Origin: an uncultured Gammaproteobacteria bacterium
Lineage (GTDB): Bacteria > Pseudomonadota > Gammaproteobacteria > GCA-001735895
Length of the DNA stretch: 64,000 nucleotides
NCBI GenBank assembly: GCA_947260025.1
Contig: CAMYON010000002.1
Span: forward strand, 3,714-67,713
Direction of reading: 5' to 3'
Part shown: piece by piece, positions 18,623 through 28,289 of the stretch
Position numbering within the stretch: the stretch's first letter is position 1
Layout: the number at the start of each line of letters is the position of its first letter
Notes under the pieces: generated by a model
The model's input: only the letters and a program-made list of their open reading frames with translations
Databases searched by the model: none
Told to the model about the DNA's origin: nothing
Made by a program: the position numbers and the translations under genes

Positions 18623-20008
18623 ATGCCGAGCGACACCCAATCCGCCAGCAACGTCCTGCCTTCGAGCTGGCGCAATTTCCCGATCAAACAGCAGCCGGAG
18701 TACCCGGATGCAGCTCATCTCGAACGGGTGGAACAGCAGCTCGCCGCCCTGCCGCCGCTGGTCTTCGCGCAGGAGATTCGAGATCTCAAACAGAACCTGG
18801 CGCAGGTTGCGGCCGGTAAAGGTTTCCTGCTGCAGGGAGGGGATTGCGCCGAGACCTTCGCGGAATTCAGCGCCAACAAGATCCGCGACACTTTCAAGGT
18901 GTTGTTGCAGATGGCCATCGTGCTGACCTTCGCCGGGCGTCGCCCGGTAACCAAGATTGCGCGCACCGCGGGCCAGTTTGCCAAGCCGCGTTCGGCCGAC
19001 TACGAAGAGATTGACGGCGTTTCGCTGCCCAGTTTCCGCGGCGACATCATTCACGCGGCGGACCCGAGCCCCGAGGCCAGGGTGCCGAACCCTGAACGCA
19101 TGCTGCAGGCCTATCACCAGAGCGCATCGACCCTGAACCTGTTGCGCGCCTTTGCCCAGGGGGGGTTGGCCGACCTGCACCAGGTCCATCGCTGGAACAT
19201 GAGCTTCGTCGAGGCCAGCCCGGTCAAGGAGCGCTACCTGAAGATGTCGAAGCGCATCGAGGACGCGCTGGCTTTCATGGAGGTCTGCGGTATCACCTCG
19301 GAAACCGCGCCCTCGATCCGCGAAACGCAATTGTTTACCTCGCACGAGGCGCTGTTACTGAATTACGAGCAGGCCCTGTCGCGTATCGATTCGTTTACCG
19401 GTAAATGCTACAACTGTTCGGCGCATTTCGTCTGGATCGGCGAACGCACGCGCCAGCTCGATCACGCGCATGTCGAATTCTTCAAACACATCGAAAACCC
19501 GGTCGGCGTCAAAATCGGGCCGACGATTAAAACCGACGAGTTGTTGCGCCTGATCGAAGCGCTCAACCCCGATAACGAGGCCGGGCGAATCACGCTGATT
19601 ACGCGCATGGGTGCCGATATGCTGCCGCAGGCGCTGCCGGAGCTGATTCGCGCGGTGCAGCGGCAGGGATTCGACGTGGTCTGGTCCTGCGATCCGATGC
19701 ACGGCAACACGGTCAAAACCAGTACCGGCTTCAAAACCCGCCAGTTCGACGCTATCCTGCGCGAGCTGCAGCAGTTTTTCGCGGTACACCAGGCGGAGGG
19801 CAGCTACCCCGGGGGGATCCACCTGGAGATGACCGGCGAGCACGTTACCGAATGCACCGGCGGCGCCTATGAGATATCGGAATCCGACCTGGCGACGCGC
19901 TACCTGACCAGTTGCGATCCACGGCTCAACGCCGACCAGGTGCTCGAACTCGCTTACCTGATCGCCGATGCTTTCAAACATGCCGGCCCCCTGCCCGACG
20001 ACCGATGA
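18623..20008 (+). CDS. Class II 3-deoxy-7-phosphoheptulonate (DAHP) synthase
   Basis: ~461 aa. ...[18 protein letters not shown]...[11 protein letters not shown]...VWIGERTRQ...HGN... are hallmarks of plant-like AroA(II). Start at the internal Met (18623). The upstream 76 codons in the ORF track lack homology. Confidence 0.85.
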   Translation: MPSDTQSASNVLPSSWRNFPIKQQPEYPDAAHLERVEQQLAALPPLVFAQEIRDLKQNLAQVAAGKGFLLQGGDCAETFAEFSANKIRDTFKVLLQMAIVLTFAGRRPVTKIARTAGQFAKPRSADYEEIDGVSLPSFRGDIIHAADPSPEARVPNPERMLQAYHQSASTLNLLRAFAQGGLADLHQVHRWNMSFVEASPVKERYLKMSKRIEDALAFMEVCGITSETAPSIRETQLFTSHEALLLNYEQALSRIDSFTGKCYNCSAHFVWIGERTRQLDHAHVEFFKHIENPVGVKIGPTIKTDELLRLIEALNPDNEAGRITLITRMGADMLPQALPELIRAVQRQGFDVVWSCDPMHGNTVKTSTGFKTRQFDAILRELQQFFAVHQAEGSYPGGIHLEMTGEHVTECTGGAYEISESDLATRYLTSCDPRLNADQVLELAYLIADAFKHAGPLPDDR

Positions 20009-20036
20009 TTACTCCGCAACAATCAGGAATCGAACA

Positions 20037-20957
20037 ATGACTCAATCTAAGCCCAGCAAACTAGCCCAGGTACTGGCGGACGGCCACTTCGCGATTACGG
20101 CGGAAACCTCGCCCCCCGACGCGGCCTCGACGCAGGCGGTGATCGACCGGGTGGCCTGCCTCGAGGGTTTGGCGGACGCGGTCAACGTAACCGACGGCGC
20201 CAGCGCTCGCGTGCATATGTCGGCCTTTGCCACCGCCACGATTATGGTGCAGCAAGGTATCGAACCGGTACTGCAAATGACCACCCGCGATCGGAACCGC
20301 CTGGCACTGCAGGGGGATGTGGTTGGCGCGTCGGCGCTCGGTATTCATAACTTCCTGTGCCTCACCGGCGACAAGATGGCGGCCGGCGACCAACCGGAGG
20401 CGGCAGAAGTCTTCGAGCTCGATAGCGGCGAGTTGATGCGCCAGATGCGCGATATGCGAGATTCCGGGACTTTCCCGTCGGGGCGCCAGATCGATCCGCC
20501 GCCGTCACTGTTTCTGGGCGCCGCTGAAATGCCGGCCGAACCGGGCGACAACTGGCCGGCGGCGAGACTGCAGGCCAAGATCGACAACGGTACCCAGTTC
20601 TTTCAGACCCAGTACTGTTTCGAACTCGACAAGGTGAAACGTTACTGCGCTGCCCTGGTCGATGGCGGCTTTACCGAGCAGGCATATTTCCTGATAGGCA
20701 TCGGACCGCTGGCGTCGGCAAAATCGGCGCGCTGGATGAACGAAAACCTGTTCGGCGTGCACGTGCCGGACGCTATTATCGAACGCCTCGAGGGCGCCGA
20801 GGATCAGCGTGCCGAGGGGCGCGCGATCTGCGCCGAGCTGCTGCAGGGCTTTTCCGAGATCGAGGGTTGCGCCGGTGCCCACTTGATGGCGCCGCATGGC
20901 GAGGCTTCCTGCGCGCAGGTCATCGCGGAATCGGGCTTGCTCGGACTCAGGTCCTGA
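20037..20957 (+). CDS. Methylenetetrahydrofolate reductase family protein (MetF-like, divergent)
   Basis: ...HFAITAETSPP..., then the TTRDRN block and a C-terminal barrel. Overall MTHFR (PF02219) topology. Start at the internal Met (20037). Confidence 0.6.
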   Translation: MTQSKPSKLAQVLADGHFAITAETSPPDAASTQAVIDRVACLEGLADAVNVTDGASARVHMSAFATATIMVQQGIEPVLQMTTRDRNRLALQGDVVGASALGIHNFLCLTGDKMAAGDQPEAAEVFELDSGELMRQMRDMRDSGTFPSGRQIDPPPSLFLGAAEMPAEPGDNWPAARLQAKIDNGTQFFQTQYCFELDKVKRYCAALVDGGFTEQAYFLIGIGPLASAKSARWMNENLFGVHVPDAIIERLEGAEDQRAEGRAICAELLQGFSEIEGCAGAHLMAPHGEASCAQVIAESGLLGLRS

Positions 20958-23166
20958 CCAGGTTCAGAATGCTTCCCGAATCGGTCGATTCGACCGCACG
21001 CGCAACGATCCGGGCCTGCGTATAGCCCCGGGCCCGCAGTTGCTGCAGGCAATCCTGCGCGACTTCCGGAGCGACGCTCGCCAGCAGGCCGCCGGCGGTT
21101 TGCGGATCGAATATCAACGGGTAATGGTCATGCGTCGCGAGGCCGTGCTGATCGCCGATGCCGTGACGGATGCGCACATTCTGCGGCTTTAACGAGCTTT
21201 CGATACCGCGCCGCGAGAGCTCCACGGCACCAGGGTAAAGCGGCAATTGCTGCAGCAGAATTTCCACCCCGCAGCCGGAAGCGCGCGCCATTTCGCACAG
21301 GTGGCCAGCGAGACCGAAACCGGTTACGTCGGTGCAGGCGCTGGCGCCGAAGCTCCGCAGACAGGAAGCCGCCGCGCGACTCGAAACCAGCATCTGCTCG
21401 AGTGCCGCATCGATCCAGGCGGAGCGTGCCTGACCGCGCATTTCTCCCGCGAACAGCACGCCGCTGCCGAGCGCTTTGGTCAGAATCAGTAAATCGCCAG
21501 GGCGCATTCCGGATTTCAGCAACAACTCCTCCGGCCTCGCGAAACCGTTTACGCTGAGGCCGCAACTCATCTGGCTGGACTCGCCACTGTGGCCGCCGAC
21601 CAGCATCGTATTATGCTGGGCCAGCGTCTCGGCCACGCCCGACATCAGTTGATACAGGTCCTGTGCCTGCCTGGCCTCGCTGGCGAACACCACGTTGGCG
21701 ATCACCAGGGCGCTATGCGGGTCGACGCCCATGGCGAACAGATCTCCCAGGGCATGGTTGGCCGCGATACGTCCGAACAGGTACGGGTCATCGATGAAAC
21801 TGCGAAAATGATCGATCGACTGCACCAGTTCCAACCCCGCCGGCACCCGAATCAGGGCCGCGTCGTCGGCATGCTCGAAACCCGAATCACGGGTGGCCGC
21901 GTAACGATTGCCTATCTCGGCCAGCACCTGGTCGAGTATTTCGCTGCCGACTTTCGAACCACAACCGCCGCAGCGCATCGGCGCCAGGTCCTCGACCTCG
22001 TCGGTGGCTGGCTGCATTGCCGGCAACTCGGTAAAACGCCGCACGAATTTGCGATCGATCCTGTCCTTTAACCACCAGCACCAATTGCCCTGTAATGCCC
22101 AGGGACCGCGGCTGGCGACGGCGAAACGATCGCCGGTGGAAATCAACGACAGAAACTGCCGCTGCGGTTTGAATGGCCTGAGTTCCCGCCCGCGCAACCA
22201 ACGCTCCAGGTTTCGCGCCAGCGGCAGGCCCTGGCGCACCGCGAATACGCCCGACTTGGGCCGAGGGAATTCATTGACCGAGGCGATGTCACCGGCGGCG
22301 AACAGGTTTTGATGGGAAACGCTTTGCAAACAAGGCGTAACCTCGATAAAACCCCGTTCGTCGAGCTTCAAACCCGTTTCACGCAGCCAGCCCGCCGGGC
22401 TGGCCTGGGTAACCCAGATTGCGGCATCGGTGGCGATCGTGGCCGCATGATTTGCGCGTAATAATCCATCCTCGAAACAATCAACGCCAAAGCCGTAATG
22501 CACCGGGATAGACCGCTGCTCGAGGATGCGGCTGAACATTCGCCGGACGCGAGCGTTATGGCCGGGCAACAGTTGGGAGCGGTCGGTAACGATGCGCAGT
22601 TTGAGCCTGGCGCACGGCGGTTGCAACTGGCGCGCGCGATAATCCAGCGACAGTGCCAGTTCGACGCCCCCGGCTCCGCCACCGATAATTGCCAGGTTAA
22701 AATCCTCCTCGCTCTCGCGCAGGCGCCGTTCCAGCCGATCCCAGGATTCGATAAATCGATCGACCGGCTTGACCGCGAACTGAAGACTGTCGGTTTGCGC
22801 TAGCGGCGGGCTCGTCGGCCTCGAACCGATGTTGATCGACAGCAAGTCATAGTCGAGCTCCGGCCGGTTAGCGAATTGCACCCGACCGCGCTCGGCATCG
22901 AGCCCGCTCACCTCGTCGTGTATCACCCGCGCACCGGCATAGCGTGCCAGCGGCAACAGGTCGATATGAGCATCGTCGAATTTATAATGCCCGGCGATGA
23001 AACCGGGCAGCATCCCGGAATACGGCGTATGCAGATCGCGGCTGACCAGGGTCAGGCGGACACCAGGCACCGGGTTCATTGCGAAATACTTGAGCACGAA
23101 CAAATGGCTGTGCCCGCCCCCGATCAACACCAGGTCGGAGGTGACCGCTACTTCATTCTGTTGCAT
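20947..23166 (-). CDS. selD: Fusion of an FAD/NAD(P)-binding pyridine nucleotide-disulfide oxidoreductase domain to selenide, water dikinase (SelD, Cys form)
   Basis: N-terminal Rossmann motifs LVLIGGGHSH and LAIIGGGAGGVE. The C-terminal ~340 aa align with E. coli SelD (MRCGGCGSKVGS vs GAGCGCKISP; FGRIAANHALGDLFAMG vs FGRIAATNAISDIFAMG). Cys, not Sec, at the active site. Confidence 0.85.
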   Translation of the reverse strand: MQQNEVAVTSDLVLIGGGHSHLFVLKYFAMNPVPGVRLTLVSRDLHTPYSGMLPGFIAGHYKFDDAHIDLLPLARYAGARVIHDEVSGLDAERGRVQFANRPELDYDLLSINIGSRPTSPPLAQTDSLQFAVKPVDRFIESWDRLERRLRESEEDFNLAIIGGGAGGVELALSLDYRARQLQPPCARLKLRIVTDRSQLLPGHNARVRRMFSRILEQRSIPVHYGFGVDCFEDGLLRANHAATIATDAAIWVTQASPAGWLRETGLKLDERGFIEVTPCLQSVSHQNLFAAGDIASVNEFPRPKSGVFAVRQGLPLARNLERWLRGRELRPFKPQRQFLSLISTGDRFAVASRGPWALQGNWCWWLKDRIDRKFVRRFTELPAMQPATDEVEDLAPMRCGGCGSKVGSEILDQVLAEIGNRYAATRDSGFEHADDAALIRVPAGLELVQSIDHFRSFIDDPYLFGRIAANHALGDLFAMGVDPHSALVIANVVFASEARQAQDLYQLMSGVAETLAQHNTMLVGGHSGESSQMSCGLSVNGFARPEELLLKSGMRPGDLLILTKALGSGVLFAGEMRGQARSAWIDAALEQMLVSSRAAASCLRSFGASACTDVTGFGLAGHLCEMARASGCGVEILLQQLPLYPGAVELSRRGIESSLKPQNVRIRHGIGDQHGLATHDHYPLIFDPQTAGGLLASVAPEVAQDCLQQLRARGYTQARIVARAVESTDSGSILNLVRT

Positions 23167-23250
23167 GGCACAATCGCGTCATCGAGAGCACTGCTTTTGG
23201 GATTGATTATGGCACTGGTATTATGCGTCCAGCTTTTGTACTGTAAAGCC

Positions 23251-24387
23251 ATGATTACATCATTCCGCGGTCTGGCTCGATTGACGAGTCTATTGATTTT
23301 CGGCCTGGCAGCAACGCCGCTGGCAGCAGTGCAGTTCCCCGAGGTCGATCAGGGCTACCCTGGCGTACGGGTCGAACAGCTATCGACAGGACTCGGCGTC
23401 CCCTGGGGCATGACCTTTTTAGCGCCGCGGCAACTGCTGATTACCGAACGCGGCGGCGGCGTCCGCCTGCTGGATATCGATAGCGGGAACCTTACCAAAC
23501 TGCAGGGAGCCCCCGAGGTCGACGCCAGGGGCCAGGGCGGTTTGATGGACGTCGCAGCCGGCCCTGATTATGCCAACGACGGCTGGATTTACTTCACCTT
23601 CAGCAAATCCGTCGATTCCGCGGCGGCGACAACGCTGGCGCGGGCGCGTTTGCGGGAAAATCGTCTGGACGACTGGCAGGAATTACTGGTGACCGATCCC
23701 GCTACCGACGGCGGGCGCCATTTCGGCAGTCGCATCGCCTTCGACGACCAGGGCCACGTATTCTTCGGCGTGGGTGACCGGGGCGAGCGCCCCATGGCGC
23801 AAGACCTCGGTAATCACATCGGCAGCATCATGCGGCTCAGGCTGGATGGCAGCATACCGCCCGACAATCCTTTCGTCGGCAAACCGCAGGCGCGCGACGA
23901 AATCTGGAGTTACGGCCACCGTAATCCCCAGGGATTGCTGTTCGACCAGGTCAGCCAGCGGTTATGGTCGATCGAGCACGGCCCCCGCGGCGGGGACGAG
24001 ATAAACCTGGTTATCAAAGGGCGTAACTACGGCTGGCCGGTGATCAGTCACGGCAAGGAGTACTGGGGCCCGTTATCGATTGGCGAAGGCACCAGCAAAC
24101 CCGGCATGGAACAACCGCGCAAGGTCTATATCCCGTCCATCGCCCCCGGCAGCCTGATACTGTATCGCGGCGAGGCTTTTCCCGCCTGGCGCGGCAGTCT
24201 TTTCGCGGGAGCGCTCAAGCTGCGCCATATTAATCGTGTGGCGCTGTCGGCAGACGGCGAGGTGCTAACCGAGGAACGCCTGCTGGAAGACCTGGGCGAG
24301 CGTATTCGCGCCCTGGTGCAGGGTCCGCAGGGCTGGATATACTTTTCCACCGACAGCGGTCGAATCCTGCGCATGCGACCCGATTGA
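23251..24387 (+). CDS. PQQ-dependent soluble sugar (aldose/sorbosone) dehydrogenase family protein, secreted
   Basis: Signal peptide MITSFRGLARLTSLLIFGLAATPLAAVQ, then ...GHRNPQGL...EHGPRGGDEINL...GRNYGWP... beta-propeller motifs of the YliI/sorbosone dehydrogenase family. An alternative start at 23209 is possible. Confidence 0.7.
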   Translation: MITSFRGLARLTSLLIFGLAATPLAAVQFPEVDQGYPGVRVEQLSTGLGVPWGMTFLAPRQLLITERGGGVRLLDIDSGNLTKLQGAPEVDARGQGGLMDVAAGPDYANDGWIYFTFSKSVDSAAATTLARARLRENRLDDWQELLVTDPATDGGRHFGSRIAFDDQGHVFFGVGDRGERPMAQDLGNHIGSIMRLRLDGSIPPDNPFVGKPQARDEIWSYGHRNPQGLLFDQVSQRLWSIEHGPRGGDEINLVIKGRNYGWPVISHGKEYWGPLSIGEGTSKPGMEQPRKVYIPSIAPGSLILYRGEAFPAWRGSLFAGALKLRHINRVALSADGEVLTEERLLEDLGERIRALVQGPQGWIYFSTDSGRILRMRPD

Positions 24388-24581
24388 TGCTCAACCAGCT
24401 GCTCGAAGTAAGCGTGCAATGCCCCTATTGCTGGGAGCGCTTCTCACTGTTGATAGACGCGTCGGTCGAATCGCAGGAATACGTCGAGGATTGCGAGGTC
24501 TGCTGTCGCCCGATCGATTTCGCGATCGAGATCGACGAGGAAAATCAGGCCGCGGTGCAGGCCCGGCTGCAGCATGAATAA
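24384..24581 (+). CDS. CPXCG-motif cysteine-rich small protein (zinc-ribbon)
   Basis: 65 aa with CPYCWE...CEVCCRP (CPxCG-type pairs). The ATG overlaps the stop of the upstream dehydrogenase (ATGA). Confidence 0.55.
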   Translation: MMLNQLLEVSVQCPYCWERFSLLIDASVESQEYVEDCEVCCRPIDFAIEIDEENQAAVQARLQHE

Positions 24582-24663
24582 AGCGACAACGATGCGCTGC
24601 CTGCTACTGAACCCGGCGCTCTTGCAACTCGCGTTGGCCAGGCCAGCCTGGATCGAACAGGCG

Positions 24664-24933
24664 CTAGCGAATAACGAATTCGGATTCGTCGGCACTTGCG
24701 TCGCTATCGGTCAAGGACAGGTCGTCAACGCGCGCGTGAGCCGGCCCGCTGCGAATCTGATCGATCATCCTGGCGACCGCATCGGGAGCGCCCTGTAACA
24801 GGAACTCGACCCTGCCGTCGGGCAGGTTGCGCACGTAACCGCGCAGGCCCAGCAAACGCGCCTGGCGCAGGACGAAGTATCGAAACCCGACACCCTGGAC
24901 CCGGCCCGAAACCAACCCCTTAACGCTGCGCAT
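24664..24933 (-). CDS. acyP: Acylphosphatase
   Basis: VSGRVQGVGFRYFV...GYVRNLPDGRVE... is the canonical acylphosphatase signature. 89 aa. Confidence 0.85.
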   Translation of the reverse strand: MRSVKGLVSGRVQGVGFRYFVLRQARLLGLRGYVRNLPDGRVEFLLQGAPDAVARMIDQIRSGPAHARVDDLSLTDSDASADESEFVIR

Positions 24934-24975
24934 CGCTCACATCCTGAATCTCGATGGAAGCTGCCGGGTCGGGCA

Positions 24976-25413
24976 TTAGCCCGGGTTCAGGCGGGCCTGA
25001 ATCGCGGCCTGCTCCGCCTGCCAGAACTCGGCCCAGCGCGACATTAACCTGAGGCCTTCACGCTGCTGCGCCTCGTCGCCGGCTTCGATACCGATACGGT
25101 AGTTTTCGACACCCTCGATAAAATAACGCTGATAATTCTTGCCCAGGCGCAGATCCAGCTGGTCCAGGAATTCGCGTTCGACCTGAAACGCGAGTTTCAG
25201 GCCCTGGTCGAGCATCGCCAGCGCCCCGGTTACCGCCTGCTGATCGAGCCCGGCCAGCTGCAGCTGCTTGCCGCCGGTCTCGACCTGCTTCAGCGACTCG
25301 AGGAAATAGTATTTCTGGCTGTCCGTGACCTGCTCATCATCGGAGCCCGAACAGCCCGCCAGCAGAATGCCGAGCAGGCCGATAAAAACGAGGCCGCGCA
25401 GGCTTGCCGTCAT
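24976..25413 (-). CDS. Hypothetical lipoprotein
   Basis: Lipobox LLAGCSG after a signal peptide. Helical, no recognisable domain. Overlaps the argG stop, so it lies in an argG-lipoprotein-acyP operon. Confidence 0.5.
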   Translation of the reverse strand: MTASLRGLVFIGLLGILLAGCSGSDDEQVTDSQKYYFLESLKQVETGGKQLQLAGLDQQAVTGALAMLDQGLKLAFQVEREFLDQLDLRLGKNYQRYFIEGVENYRIGIEAGDEAQQREGLRLMSRWAEFWQAEQAAIQARLNPG

Positions 25414-26621
25414 AGTTTGCCGGCGATTCGCATCCGCAACGCATTGAGCTTGATGAAGCCCTCGGCGTCCTTCTGGTCGTAGGCGCCCTGATCGTCCTCG
25501 AAGGTTACGATAGCCTCGTCAAACAGGCTGTTGCTGGCCGATTTGCGGCCCACCACGCTGACCGAGCCCTTGAACAGCTTGACCCGAACCTCGCCGTTGA
25601 CCGTTACCTGCGAGGCATCGATCATTTGCTGCAGCATCCTGCGCTCCGGGCTCCACCAGTAACCGTTGTAGATCAGGGTCGCATATTTCGGCATCAACTC
25701 GTCTTTCAGGTGTGCCACTTCGCGGTCCAGCGTGATCGATTCGATGCCGCGATGCGCCTTTAGCATGATGCTGCCGCCGGGAGTTTCGTAACAGCCCCTC
25801 GATTTCATGCCAACGTAGCGGTTTTCGACGATATCGAGTCGCCCGACCCCGTGGGCGCCACCCTCCTGGTTGAGGCGAGTCAGCACCTGGGCCGGCGTCA
25901 TGCGCTCGCCGTCTATCGAGACGATGTCGCCGTTTTCGAATCCGAGCTCGAGGTAGGTCGGCTGGTCCGGCGCGTTTTCAGGTGACACTGAACGCAACCA
26001 CATGTCGTCGTTCGCCTCGAACCAGGGATCTTCCAGTTCGCCGCCTTCGTAGGATATATGCAGCAAATTGGCGTCCATCGAATAAGGTGATTTTTCGCCA
26101 TGCTTCTTTTCGATCGCGATGTCGTGGGTCTCGGCGTAGGTCAGCAGGTTCTCGCGCGAATTCAGGTCCCACTCGCGCCAGGGCGCGATGACCCGAATGT
26201 CGGGATTCAGCGCATAGGCGCCGAGCTCGAAGCGCACCTGGTCGTTACCCTTGCCGGTAGCCCCGTGCGAAACCGCGTCCGCGCCGGTTTCGGCGGCAAT
26301 TTCGATCAGGCGCTTGGCGATCAGCGGGCGAGCGATCGACGTGCCAAGCAGGTATTCACCCTCGTAGACGGTATTGGCGCGAAACATCGGGTAAACGAAA
26401 TCACGTACGAATTCTTCCTGCAGGTCCTCGATGTAGATTTCCCTGACGCCGTATTTTTCCGCCTTGGCGCGTGCCGGCTCGACTTCCTCGCCCTGCCCTA
26501 TATCCGCGGTGAAAGTGACCACTTCGCAGTCATATTCATCCTCCAGCCACTTCAGGATTACCGAGGTATCGAGACCACCCGAGTAGGCCAGAACCACTTT
26601 GTTAACCGATGCTTTTGTCAT
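25410..26621 (-). CDS. argG: Argininosuccinate synthase
   Basis: [10 protein letters not shown]-loop-like motif plus full-length similarity to ArgG (403 aa). Confidence 0.93.
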   Translation of the reverse strand: MTKASVNKVVLAYSGGLDTSVILKWLEDEYDCEVVTFTADIGQGEEVEPARAKAEKYGVREIYIEDLQEEFVRDFVYPMFRANTVYEGEYLLGTSIARPLIAKRLIEIAAETGADAVSHGATGKGNDQVRFELGAYALNPDIRVIAPWREWDLNSRENLLTYAETHDIAIEKKHGEKSPYSMDANLLHISYEGGELEDPWFEANDDMWLRSVSPENAPDQPTYLELGFENGDIVSIDGERMTPAQVLTRLNQEGGAHGVGRLDIVENRYVGMKSRGCYETPGGSIMLKAHRGIESITLDREVAHLKDELMPKYATLIYNGYWWSPERRMLQQMIDASQVTVNGEVRVKLFKGSVSVVGRKSASNSLFDEAIVTFEDDQGAYDQKDAEGFIKLNALRMRIAGKL

Positions 26622-26743
26622 GTCTTGTCCGTCGCGTTATTCCCGGGATCTCCGGGGATAAAAAAGGTGGGTATTGTCTTTAGAAACAACACAAAAATCC
26701 AGTACCAGCGTATAATGCGGCAATTAAACCCGGAGGAAGTAAC

Positions 26744-27460
26744 ATGTCAGATTCCGCTTTCAAGGTTCACGCGCTGGAACTGGGGCCGATGGAAAATTTC
26801 GTCTACCTGGTCGAGGATATAGCCAGCCGGCGCTGCGCGGTAGTCGACCCGGCCTGGGAAGTCGATCGAATCGTCGCCAGGGCCAGGGAACTCGATCTCA
26901 AGATCACCGACATCCTGCTGACTCACAGCCACCACGATCACATCAACGGCATCGAGGAACTGCTGAATCACGCCAACGCCGAGGTCCACCTGTTGAAGCC
27001 GGAATACGAGTTCTGGCAGCATGAGCTCGATAAACCCAGCCTGCATCATGGCGGCGACGAGCTCGAGCTTGGCGCAACCGCGATTAAAATTCTGCACACG
27101 CCGGGCCACACGCCAGGCTCGGCCTGCTATCAGCTCGGTAACGAGATCATTACCGGCGATACCCTGTTCGTGTTCGGTTGCGGGCGCTGCGATCTGAGCG
27201 GCGGCAGCCCGGAAGATATGTTCGTGACGCTAAAAAACATGAAGGAAAGACTGCCCCAGGACATGCTGATACATCCCGGGCATAATTACTCGGTCAAGCC
27301 CTGCAGTACGCTTGGCGAGCAGGTAGAGGGCAATCCCTTCATGCACTACGAAGACGAAGCCGCCTTTGTTAAATACCGCATGCACGTGCACGACAAAACT
27401 CGCGACGAGCCCTACGATGCGGTCAGCAGGCAGCAGCTCAAAATCGCTAACCTGCTTTAA
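26744..27460 (+). CDS. MBL-fold metallo-hydrolase (glyoxalase II-like)
   Basis: THSHHDHINGI metal-binding motif. HTPGHTPGS downstream. Confidence 0.75.
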   Translation: MSDSAFKVHALELGPMENFVYLVEDIASRRCAVVDPAWEVDRIVARARELDLKITDILLTHSHHDHINGIEELLNHANAEVHLLKPEYEFWQHELDKPSLHHGGDELELGATAIKILHTPGHTPGSACYQLGNEIITGDTLFVFGCGRCDLSGGSPEDMFVTLKNMKERLPQDMLIHPGHNYSVKPCSTLGEQVEGNPFMHYEDEAAFVKYRMHVHDKTRDEPYDAVSRQQLKIANLL

Positions 27461-27473
27461 CCGGGTGCCTCAT

Positions 27474-27908
27474 ATGAAAAACAGAACTTTTGCTGCGATC
27501 GTTTACCTGTCTCTATTAAGCCTGATCGCCGGCTGCGCCAGCAATGAAGGCGTGATCGCGCCCAATATCGAGGCCGGGAGCCCACTACAAGACGAATACA
27601 TGGTCGGCAAATGGTGTACCAACCGGGAGCTGACCTCTGACGCCAATTCCGAGGCCGGATTCAGTGCGTTGCTGAATATCTCCCCGGAATTCTGGAAACT
27701 CACGGATGACAAGAAATGGAAACGCGCGGAGAGCGGCTGGATTTTTGAAACCCTCGGCACATGGCAACTAGAGGGACGCGATACGCTAATTCTGACACGC
27801 GAACAGGGCAATAAGCTCAGCTACCAGGCGAGATTCGAGAATTCTGGCCTCGATTTGTATCTCGTGGACAACGAGGGCCAGTTCCTGGTGGTATCACGCT
27901 GCGAGTAA
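27474..27908 (+). CDS. Hypothetical lipoprotein
   Basis: Signal peptide plus lipobox LIAGCAS. No recognisable domain. Start at the internal ATG at 27474. Confidence 0.5.
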   Translation: MKNRTFAAIVYLSLLSLIAGCASNEGVIAPNIEAGSPLQDEYMVGKWCTNRELTSDANSEAGFSALLNISPEFWKLTDDKKWKRAESGWIFETLGTWQLEGRDTLILTREQGNKLSYQARFENSGLDLYLVDNEGQFLVVSRCE

Positions 27909-27932
27909 CCCCCAGGGTCACGACAGCCTGGT

Positions 27933-28157
27933 TTAAAGCTCTAGCGGGCGCCTTTCAACCATCTCGGACCTGAGTTGCTTCAGATCCTGCTCCAGGCGAC
28001 CGACAATAGCGTCGGCATGTTCCGCGATCGCTTCCCTGACCATGCCCTGCAGGGCCAGGAATTGATTTTCACCAACCGCATCCTGAACCTCGCTATCCAG
28101 CAGGGATTTAAACGAATCGGTCACCTCGCTTGCTAGTCGTTTTGGATCACTGGTCAT
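27933..28157 (-). CDS. Small hypothetical helical protein (~74 aa)
   Basis: MTSDPKRLASEVTDSFKSLLDSE... The ATG at 28157 is preceded by a GGGG ribosome-binding site. Divergent from the amino-acid dehydrogenase gene. Confidence 0.35.
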   Translation of the reverse strand: MTSDPKRLASEVTDSFKSLLDSEVQDAVGENQFLALQGMVREAIAEHADAIVGRLEQDLKQLRSEMVERRPLEL

Positions 28158-28289
28158 GGCATTCCCCTGTTTTATTCCCGGAATCACTATTAGCCAGGCA
28201 GATGCCTGCAACATTGATCGGGGTCAACGTTCCCGGATATATAAGGTAGAGAATGAAAACTGATTCAGCCTCATTGGGAGAATCTGGAA

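Noticed and set aside
17920-18819. 299-aa plus-strand ORF overlapping the substrate-binding-protein gene
   Set aside because: Antisense to a gene with a clear signal peptide and PBP fold. The translation is Ala/Ser/Pro-rich noise.
24574-24798. 74-aa plus-strand ORF between the CPXCG gene and acyP
   Set aside because: It overlaps the well-supported acylphosphatase gene on the opposite strand and has no ribosome-binding site or recognisable features.
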